From: a virus
Strand: one strand, 5' to 3'
Length of the DNA: 64,000 bases
IMG/VR virus record: IMGVR_UViG_3300049489_000321
Location: 32,001 to 96,000 of that record
In this document: piece after piece, positions 44,458 to 51,623 of the stretch
How the letters are laid out: every line of letters starts with the position of its first letter
Numbering within the stretch: the first letter of the stretch is position 1
Program-made: the position numbers and the translations under genes
Notes under the pieces: generated by a model
Seen by the model: the letters and a program-made list of their open reading frames with translations, nothing else
Databases searched by the model: none
Told to the model about the DNA's origin: nothing

Positions 44458-45753
44458 ATGGATATAACTCAATATTTTAGCGGTATGCCAGTAGAGGCTA
44501 AAAACGCTATACAAAAAGAGCTAGAAAGTACAGACGATGTATGGCCTGTGTTCGTTTTCCGTCCTGGAGACCCAGACGGAACTAGACAAAACGTTTATAC
44601 ATCGTGGACTGAGCTAATGTCTGCTTTAGACGCAACCCGCGAGAATGGCATACGGTATTTACAGTTTGACTTTGGATACACTGGCGGCACGTTTGACGTA
44701 CCTGCTGGAACTTGGGACTTTACTGATGTAAAGTGGACTGACACTATGCGGCGTGGTAACGGTGGGTTATTTGCCTTTACAGGCGGAATTTTCCTCGGTG
44801 ATGGCGTAATAATCGAAAACCTAGCATTTATAGAACTTCATGCCACAGACGTAATCTGCACCAGTGAGACAACGGTGCCTATGACATTTAACGAGACTTG
44901 GCATACTATATGTCTTGGCGGTTCGCAGACGTGGCTGTATTCGCTAACTTCTGTGCCGCTCATCCGTCTTGGTGCCACGTTTTGTCCGCCCATTACGGTG
45001 GAGAACCCAGAAGGCGCCTTCCCGCTGTACGAATCGTCGTTTCTAGGTACAGCAGGTTTGACGACGCTAGGATCATTGTACGCAGGGTACGACTACGGCA
45101 CACCTACCGTAGACCTGATGGGTCGTGGTGTTGGTTTAGTGTGTAACTGGGAACGCAACACATTCGTAAACTCGTGCCCATATCCTTCGGGAGCATACAT
45201 AGAGTCAATCAACTCTATCCCAAGTTTCGGCGCAGGTTCATTTGGTGACCCTTTTTCTGAAACTAATACGCAAGGAAATAACTACGATCTATCCGCTACT
45301 CTAGACGTGTCTATGGTCACAATCAGCGTAGCACGGTACGCCTACGCGTCAGGCTGGCAGACAGCTCCGGATCGCGGCATGCCGATCACACCTACACGTT
45401 GGCCGGACGGGTTCCACCCTCCGTACGGCGCTGTAACCAATTGTGATCCAACCACAGGACCGGTTGACGTGTACTTGGAGGGAGCTTATCCTAACTTCGG
45501 TTCTCAGTATCTAATAGCTGATTCAGTTGGAACATGTGGTGTTGGTAACGAGATCCGGATACATGCCAAACCTGGTGAGTTGATCAATGGAGTTAATCCG
45601 TACGTACTTGATACGCCATACGGGGCTGCCATGTTGGTGTCGGTTCCTGACGGTCCCGGTGCTTATGAGCCTGTAAAGGGAGACCCGGTTGGAACGTACC
45701 CAATTAAAAACACTATAATCGGACAATGGATTGTGCTTAAGGGAGGCGCGTAA
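44458..45753 (+). CDS. putative fibre/receptor-binding-like protein, paralog A
   Basis: Colinear with 45958; C-term D.T.GPV.V.L...D..G......I.....ING module typical of fibre/baseplate proteins. Confidence 0.65.
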   Translation: MDITQYFSGMPVEAKNAIQKELESTDDVWPVFVFRPGDPDGTRQNVYTSWTELMSALDATRENGIRYLQFDFGYTGGTFDVPAGTWDFTDVKWTDTMRRGNGGLFAFTGGIFLGDGVIIENLAFIELHATDVICTSETTVPMTFNETWHTICLGGSQTWLYSLTSVPLIRLGATFCPPITVENPEGAFPLYESSFLGTAGLTTLGSLYAGYDYGTPTVDLMGRGVGLVCNWERNTFVNSCPYPSGAYIESINSIPSFGAGSFGDPFSETNTQGNNYDLSATLDVSMVTISVARYAYASGWQTAPDRGMPITPTRWPDGFHPPYGAVTNCDPTTGPVDVYLEGAYPNFGSQYLIADSVGTCGVGNEIRIHAKPGELINGVNPYVLDTPYGAAMLVSVPDGPGAYEPVKGDPVGTYPIKNTIIGQWIVLKGGA

Positions 45754-45755
45754 TT

Positions 45756-45905
45756 ATGCCTACAATTAAGGAAAATATTACGGCTGCTGTTGTTGCGTTA
45801 AATACTGCAAAACGCACACATGGACAAGACAGTAAAGAAGCTAATGAAGCGCGCCTAGTATTGACTAATTTAATAAAACAAGCTAGAGAAGCGACTGAGA
45901 ACTAG
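45756..45905 (+). CDS. 49-aa helical hairpin peptide, family member 1 (not in ORF track)
   Basis: MPTIKENITAAVVALNTAKRTHGQDSKEANEARLVLTNLIKQAREATEN; GGAGG RBS. Confidence 0.75.
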   Translation: MPTIKENITAAVVALNTAKRTHGQDSKEANEARLVLTNLIKQAREATEN

Positions 45906-45957
45906 TGTATTTGTATCATTATATACAATAAATATACAACAAAGGATAAACAAACAA

Positions 45958-47262
45958 ATGGATATATCTCAATATTTTAGTGGAATGCCCGATGAAATTA
46001 AAAACGCATTTCAAGCAGAACTAGACAGCGCAGACACCTTGTGGTCTGTGTTCGTCTTCCGTCCTAGCGATCCAGGCGGTCAGCGCCAGAACGTGTACAC
46101 TTCTTGGACTGACCTAATGGCTGCTCTAGACGAGACACGCGAGAACGGCATTCGCCACCTTCAGTGGGACCTGTCTTTCCACGACAACTCATTCGATATT
46201 CCACCCGGTACGTGGAACTTCACTGATGTTAAATGGACTGACACCATGCGTAAGGGCAGAGGCGGTCTGTTCAATGCGACCCAGAGCATATTTGCTGGTG
46301 ACGATGTAATCATTGAAAATTTGTCGTATGTAGAGTTTGACGGATCTGAATTAGTCTGTACCAGTGAAACAACGGTTCCAATGACGTTCAGTCAGGATTG
46401 GCACCAGCTTTGGATAGGTGGCTGTTCAGGACAAATGTACTCGGTTTCATCTAAGCCACTCATTCGTCTTGGTGCCACGCTATGTCCTCCTATTTCGGAA
46501 GAAGATCCAGGTGGTGCATTCTTCCTCTACGAGTCAGCGATTATGGGCACTACTGGATTATCAACGTTTGGTAGCGTGTATTCGGGATACGACTTTACAA
46601 CTCCCGCTGTGGACTTAATGGGACGAGGCATTGGTCTCGTGTGTAACTGGGAGCGTAATATGTTCATGAATTCATGCACATATGCTTCTGGTGCGTACAT
46701 TGAGGCGTATATGACAGTGCCTAGCTTTGGCGCTGGATCGTTTGGTCCTCTGCCCACCGACGACTTTAAGTCGGGCAACGACCACAACTACGCTTCTACC
46801 TTGGATGTGTCGTTAGTTACGTTTAACCTCTCACGGTACTGCTACGCGGCTGGGTTCTCTACTCGACCTGACCTAGCTACCCCGGTTAATCCAACCAAGT
46901 GGCCTTTACCAAACGGATTTCACGTCGGGTACGGATCAGTAACTAACTGTGATACTACGGATGGTCCGCTAGACGTGTTTCTCCCGCTTGCTAATCCCAA
47001 CTTCGGTGCTCAGGTGCTGATTGTTGACTCGGTTGGCGCTGCTGGTGTTGGTAATGAGATCATTATTCACGCTAGAGCCGGTGAAACGATTAACGGCGCC
47101 GCGACGTACACCATTGACACTGCGCGAGGATCTGTTATGTTGGTGTCTGTTGCTGAAGGCGAAGCTGGTATCTACGAACCGTTGGCGTGGGGCGAGGGTG
47201 GAACCTACCCCGTCAAGAACCCCATCGTAGGACAGTGGATTATTGCATCAAAGGTAGTTTAA
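45958..47262 (+). CDS. putative fibre/receptor-binding-like protein, paralog B
   Basis: Extensive identity with 44458 (e.g. FTDVKWTDTMR, PLIRLGAT, VCNWERN). Confidence 0.65.
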   Translation: MDISQYFSGMPDEIKNAFQAELDSADTLWSVFVFRPSDPGGQRQNVYTSWTDLMAALDETRENGIRHLQWDLSFHDNSFDIPPGTWNFTDVKWTDTMRKGRGGLFNATQSIFAGDDVIIENLSYVEFDGSELVCTSETTVPMTFSQDWHQLWIGGCSGQMYSVSSKPLIRLGATLCPPISEEDPGGAFFLYESAIMGTTGLSTFGSVYSGYDFTTPAVDLMGRGIGLVCNWERNMFMNSCTYASGAYIEAYMTVPSFGAGSFGPLPTDDFKSGNDHNYASTLDVSLVTFNLSRYCYAAGFSTRPDLATPVNPTKWPLPNGFHVGYGSVTNCDTTDGPLDVFLPLANPNFGAQVLIVDSVGAAGVGNEIIIHARAGETINGAATYTIDTARGSVMLVSVAEGEAGIYEPLAWGEGGTYPVKNPIVGQWIIASKVV

Positions 47263-47264
47263 TC

Positions 47265-47414
47265 ATGGCACTTAAAGAAGACATACAAGCAGCTACTGCT
47301 GCTCTGAGAGCGGCTAAGCAGGCTCACGGGCACGATAGTCCTGAGGCGGTTGCAGCGAGACTTGCGTTAGCTGCTCTAATTCAACAAGCCAAGGAAATAA
47401 AGAATGAGCAGTAA
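47265..47414 (+). CDS. 49-aa helical hairpin peptide, family member 2
   Basis: MALKEDIQAATAALRAAKQAHGHDSPEAVAARLALAALIQQAKEIKNEQ. Confidence 0.75.
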   Translation: MALKEDIQAATAALRAAKQAHGHDSPEAVAARLALAALIQQAKEIKNEQ

Positions 47415-47580
47415 ACCGTTAGACGATCGTTCTATGACCGCTTTTCGTGAATTTGTAGAAGCGCAAAAGATGTACGGTGCGCAGAGCCGACCGGCGTTGT
47501 TAGCTTTAAAAAAACTACGTAAAGCAATAGGAACGCATAAAGAACCGCCACCAGGCATGATTCAAGTCGGCGGCGTATAG
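47404..47580 (+). CDS. 58-aa peptide, possible diverged family member
   Basis: MSSKPLDDRSMTAFREFVEAQKMYGAQSRPALLALKKLRKAIG...; AAGGA RBS. Confidence 0.55.
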   Translation: MSSKPLDDRSMTAFREFVEAQKMYGAQSRPALLALKKLRKAIGTHKEPPPGMIQVGGV

Positions 47581-47649
47581 AAATTGCGTAGTGTTATTGG
47601 TTTCTTATTTTATTAAAATAATAAAAAAGAATCGGAGATTAAACTAAAA

Positions 47650-47799
47650 ATGAGCATTCCTAGTAAAGAAGAAGTTGAAGCAGCTGTTGCTGCACTTAGA
47701 TCTGCTAAGCAGGAGCATGGACACGACAGTCAGCAGGCCGCCGCTGCCAGAGCAGCGCTCGCTGCATTATTGCAGAGTGCGTCTGATAGACGCCAATAG
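47650..47799 (+). CDS. 49-aa helical hairpin peptide, family member 3 (not in ORF track)
   Basis: MSIPSKEEVEAAVAALRSAKQEHGHDSQQAAAARAALAALLQSASDRRQ; GGAG upstream. Confidence 0.75.
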   Translation: MSIPSKEEVEAAVAALRSAKQEHGHDSQQAAAARAALAALLQSASDRRQ

Positions 47800-47854
47800 T
47801 GTCTATAGTTTGATAGTTAAATAACTAACTCATCTACCAACGGTAGAAGAAGTC

Positions 47855-47895
47855 CAAGGGTCGCCTATAATAAAATAGGCGGCTCTTGTTTTTTT
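47855..47895 (+). terminator. intrinsic terminator ending the insert
   Basis: CAAGGGTCGCCTAT-loop-ATAGGCGGCTCTTG plus T7. Confidence 0.85.
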
Positions 47896-47896
47896 A

Positions 47897-47925
47897 TTGA
47901 CAATAGTTGTATATTTTGGTATATT
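47897..47925 (+). promoter_or_regulatory. sigma70-type promoter of tail tube operon
   Basis: TTGACA-17-(TGG)TATATT. Confidence 0.75.
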
Positions 47926-47991
47926 AATGGATAGCAAACACCAATAGGTGGCTTAGACTGGCTTTTAGGCGTTTCTAAGATGCGATTATTT

Positions 47992-48029
47992 AAGGCGATT
48001 TGGATATTCCAAGTCGCTTTTTTGTTTTT
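47992..48029 (+). terminator. terminator inside leader of tail tube gene
   Basis: AAGGCGATTTGGA-TAT-TCCAAGTCGCTTT plus TTTGTTTTT. Confidence 0.7.
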
Positions 48030-48080
48030 AAATGTACGTTGTTTGTTGTTACCAAATAAGTTAAGGAGAAAACAAAGACA

Positions 48081-48506
48081 ATGGCTGCTCAGACATTTAG
48101 TGGCGCTCGCGCCAGAGTACTGATTGATGGCAAAATCATTGGCTTCTGTGGCGGGTTATCCGGTTCAGAAAGCATTGATTATGAACCTGTAGACGTACTA
48201 AATCTATTAGAGGTAAAGGAATTTGTGCCGGTTGCGTATCGCGCGACACTATCAGCGCAGATGTTCCGTATTATTGGCAACTCTATCAAGAAGCAAGGTA
48301 TAATGCCTCGTGGTAACGACTTGGACATCCTAACAGCAGGCGACCTAACTGTCATGGTTGAAGACAAACTAAATCCAGGCCAGATTGCCGCGCAGTTTAC
48401 TGGTGTTAAATGCCAGGAGCATTCTTTCGATATTACTGCCAGAGGACTGGTGTCAGAGAACGTCAATTTCGTGGCGATTAGAGTGAAGGACGAGAGCGAA
48501 CTTTAA
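48081..48506 (+). CDS. tail tube protein
   Basis: 141 aa; SGA...V.IDGK.IG...E...E.VP..Y; AAGGAG RBS; upstream of chaperone and tape measure. Confidence 0.8.
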   Translation: MAAQTFSGARARVLIDGKIIGFCGGLSGSESIDYEPVDVLNLLEVKEFVPVAYRATLSAQMFRIIGNSIKKQGIMPRGNDLDILTAGDLTVMVEDKLNPGQIAAQFTGVKCQEHSFDITARGLVSENVNFVAIRVKDESEL

Positions 48507-48595
48507 TAACAACTAGTTATGTGATATAGCTCGACGTAACAACAACGTTGACTTATCAGCTGTTTATAGATGAAATAGGAGATAATACTTAATAT

Positions 48596-49087
48596 ATGAA
48601 AATAAAAGGCAAGCTACATACTTTTAAAATTAACCATAAAAGCGACAATGGCGAAGACTACGAAGGTACATTCGCCTGTCGCAAACAGTCTATTATAGAT
48701 CACTCCAAGATATCTCGCCGAAAAAGCGAACTATCAGGAGGCATGTATACCGTTAAAGATGAAGACGGTAATCCTACCGGTCAGGGTATAGACGAAGAGA
48801 CCGAGACTATCAACCACATCATTGCTACGCTAGAACAGGTTTTAGTCCAGAAGCCAGATTGGTGGGACCTTACCGTATTAGATGACTACAAGCTTATAAC
48901 TTCGGTTTTTAGTGAGGTGCAGAAGTTTGAAGCGTCCTTTCGAGGACGACGAGGATCGGGCGATAGCGACACAGGACATCTATCAAGCAGCGAAGGAAGT
49001 AGCGAAGAAGAACGTGCGCAATCCAACGCTGCCAACAATGCTCCGAAGGTGGTGGACAAAAAAGTATCAACTTCCTTGGACGCATAG
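48596..49087 (+). CDS. tail assembly chaperone
   Basis: Position; IATL.......PDWW...FEASFR. Confidence 0.75.
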   Translation: MKIKGKLHTFKINHKSDNGEDYEGTFACRKQSIIDHSKISRRKSELSGGMYTVKDEDGNPTGQGIDEETETINHIIATLEQVLVQKPDWWDLTVLDDYKLITSVFSEVQKFEASFRGRRGSGDSDTGHLSSSEGSSEEERAQSNAANNAPKVVDKKVSTSLDA

Positions 49088-49484
49088 TGCTTTTCAAGAA
49101 AGTAGTTTGTTTGAACTACTTGTAGAGCGTTACGAAGATCTGTTTGAAGCAGATCCAGAAGCTTTACGCGAAGCGTCAAAGAACGAAGACGGTGAACTAG
49201 TCTTTGAAGAAACTGGTGACGAACTAATTGACAAGTGGGAACGTGAGCTTGCTCTAGGACTTGACCCGGATCTGACAGAAGGTCTGTCTAAAGACATGGT
49301 TAAGAACCTAGAGAAAAATAGTGAAAAAGCTAAACGTGCTAGAGAGATAGCAGATGGAATCGATGATTCAAATATTCTTGATCAAGTTCTCGGAAGTGGT
49401 AAAGAGCTTGATATCCTCCGCGATAATATACTTGGCAACGGCAGGAATGTTTCTGCACCTTCTAGGGTAGGTAGACGTAGGTAA
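48939..49484 (+). CDS. tail assembly chaperone, +1 frameshift extension
   Basis: +1-frame ORF lacking a clear RBS; LRRWW.KKY.LP motif; TCC TTT CGA at 48935. Confidence 0.6.
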   Translation, partial: FEDDEDRAIATQDIYQAAKEVAKKNVRNPTLPTMLRRWWTKKYQLPWTHSAFQESSLFELLVERYEDLFEADPEALREASKNEDGELVFEETGDELIDKWERELALGLDPDLTEGLSKDMVKNLEKNSEKAKRAREIADGIDDSNILDQVLGSGKELDILRDNILGNGRNVSAPSRVGRRR

Positions 49485-51623
49485 ATGGCTAATAACGTTA
49501 AAATAACCACAGTATTTTCCGCAGACATAAAAGACGTAAAAGCATCTATTAAAGAAATTAATAGCCAAATGAAGGCTATTACAAAAGCGTCTACAGCACA
49601 CAATAAATCTAATGTTAAAGCACAAAAAGATCAGTTAAAAAATACACGATCTACTTATAAAGAACAGTTAAAGTTATTAGAAGCTTTTGATAAAAAACAG
49701 CAACAGATTACAAAAAAACAAAGTAATCACGCCGTTCAACAATATAAGAAGGAACTTAGAGAAAAACAAAGATTAGATAAGTCTTTTGGACGTAGTAAAG
49801 GATTATTCGGTACTGACGTTGGACGAGGCGTAAATAGAACAGACAATTCTTCTTTTGGTCGCGTAAATAGAGTGGGTGGTAACGTCGCTGGTGCAGTTGC
49901 CCGATCTGTAGCGGGCATAGCTTCTGGGTTGGCCGGCTTTTTGATGGGCGCGGCTATGGGTGGTTATCAAACCTTAAATGAATACAGAACTGCGCTGGGA
50001 CCAAACATAGGTTTAGGAAAAGGTTCTCGTGTTAAAGCTGGTATTTCAAAATCAGGTGGATCTAGACTAGGCTATTCTATGATAGAGTCTGCTCAACTGA
50101 ATCCAGCCATGGCAAGAGCTACAGGTGCTCTTGGTCCTAGAGAATTGATGCAAGGCGTTAGATCAACTGGCATGGAATCTGGCCAAGTAGCCGGAATATA
50201 CGGTTCTCTTCGTAGCGCTGGCACTAGCTTCGCAGGCGGCGAATTCAAAGGTCAATCAAAAGGTGGTAGAGAGTTTGCAAAAATAATTGCGGCTGGTATG
50301 GAGTCTGGTTTGGAAAAAGGGCGACTACCAGAATTTGCCGAGGGAGTAACTACTTTACTTGATCAACAAGCAGGACGCGCGTCTGGGGATGTGAGTGCGA
50401 CTAGTGTTTCTAGTATTTTAGCTGCTTTAGGAAAAACTGGATTATCTGGATTTCAAGGCTCTCGTGGTGCCGCTGTTACAGGTAAATTAGAACAAGCGTT
50501 TTTAAAGCCTGGTGGGGGCGAGTGGGGAGATAACTTTATTCGTATGGCTATGGGATTTGGTAAACCAGGTGGCAAAACGGGCTATTACGAATCAGAAAAA
50601 TCTCGCGAAAAAGCTTTAAGTGACCCACAAAACATGTCTAAACTTCTAGGTGAAGTTATTAGACAGTTCGGCAGTGGAAAAGAAGGCGCTTTAGGATTGC
50701 GGGAACTGACCGGTGTTTCGTTAGATCAGGCAGAGCAGCTTTTAAAGATTGAAAAAGACGGTGGTTTTACTAATGATAAGTTAGAAGAAATCAAAGGTGT
50801 AATGGACGCTGCTAAGCCGCTTGAAGAACAATCTTTAGCGGCTATGAAGGGTATTGGCGAAGGTATTCGCCATCTGGCAGGCAGAACCGATCACTTAATA
50901 GGAGTTGGTTCCAAAGTACAACAAGAAGTTGAATTGCTTGAAAAATGGCAATTCGAACTTCTCGACGCTTTGTTAGAAATTAAAAATACTCTTAAGAATC
51001 TATTTGAAGACATACATGAATGGCTGATGATTGACTCTTCTAAGGAAGCTAGAGAAAAACTTACCGCTCTTGATACTAAACGTAGAACCGATATTTCATT
51101 GCGTGGCGGCAAAACTCAAGCAGAGATTGAAAAAGACCAAGCAGCTATGCGCATGAAAGAACTAGAAGCTGGAATGAATTTGGCCAAATCTACACAAAAA
51201 GAAGATGTAGGAGGTACTTGGAAAGGCGTTGCTAAAGACGTATTAGCAGACACTTTTCTTCCTATGCTTGGCAATAGACTAATTCACGGCGGTAAGAACG
51301 TCAGCCCAGCAGATAAAGCCGGAATAAGTTTGGGATACACACAAAACGCAGATGCCGCAGCCACTGATTTGCTTTTTGGGATGTTAGGAAAAAAAGGAAT
51401 CAAGCGCGTTCCAGAAGAACTAGTTCCTTCTTATGCTAAAGCCGTTGAGGCGACTAGACTTAAGAGAGAAAATAAAACCGCAAAACCAGATCCAGAATAT
51501 CCTTCATTAGACGTAGAGGCTGCTAATGCACTTAGACACGATACTAGGGTATTTTTAAAAATTGATAATAACAGCGATTCTCGTAGTAAGCCACCTGTTG
51601 CACGAAGCCAAACGAAAAGATAA
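49485..51623 (+). CDS. tape measure protein
   Basis: Position after chaperones; helical, G/A/K-rich. Confidence 0.75.
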   Translation: MANNVKITTVFSADIKDVKASIKEINSQMKAITKASTAHNKSNVKAQKDQLKNTRSTYKEQLKLLEAFDKKQQQITKKQSNHAVQQYKKELREKQRLDKSFGRSKGLFGTDVGRGVNRTDNSSFGRVNRVGGNVAGAVARSVAGIASGLAGFLMGAAMGGYQTLNEYRTALGPNIGLGKGSRVKAGISKSGGSRLGYSMIESAQLNPAMARATGALGPRELMQGVRSTGMESGQVAGIYGSLRSAGTSFAGGEFKGQSKGGREFAKIIAAGMESGLEKGRLPEFAEGVTTLLDQQAGRASGDVSATSVSSILAALGKTGLSGFQGSRGAAVTGKLEQAFLKPGGGEWGDNFIRMAMGFGKPGGKTGYYESEKSREKALSDPQNMSKLLGEVIRQFGSGKEGALGLRELTGVSLDQAEQLLKIEKDGGFTNDKLEEIKGVMDAAKPLEEQSLAAMKGIGEGIRHLAGRTDHLIGVGSKVQQEVELLEKWQFELLDALLEIKNTLKNLFEDIHEWLMIDSSKEAREKLTALDTKRRTDISLRGGKTQAEIEKDQAAMRMKELEAGMNLAKSTQKEDVGGTWKGVAKDVLADTFLPMLGNRLIHGGKNVSPADKAGISLGYTQNADAAATDLLFGMLGKKGIKRVPEELVPSYAKAVEATRLKRENKTAKPDPEYPSLDVEAANALRHDTRVFLKIDNNSDSRSKPPVARSQTKR

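Noticed and set aside
44458-47262. Diversity-generating retroelement or invertible cassette explaining the paralogs
   Set aside because: No reverse transcriptase or recombinase in the window; both copies are in the same orientation and diverge at all bases, not only adenines
48596-49087. Canonical -1 slippery heptamer in tail chaperone
   Set aside because: The downstream ORF is in the +1 frame, so a -1 shift cannot join them
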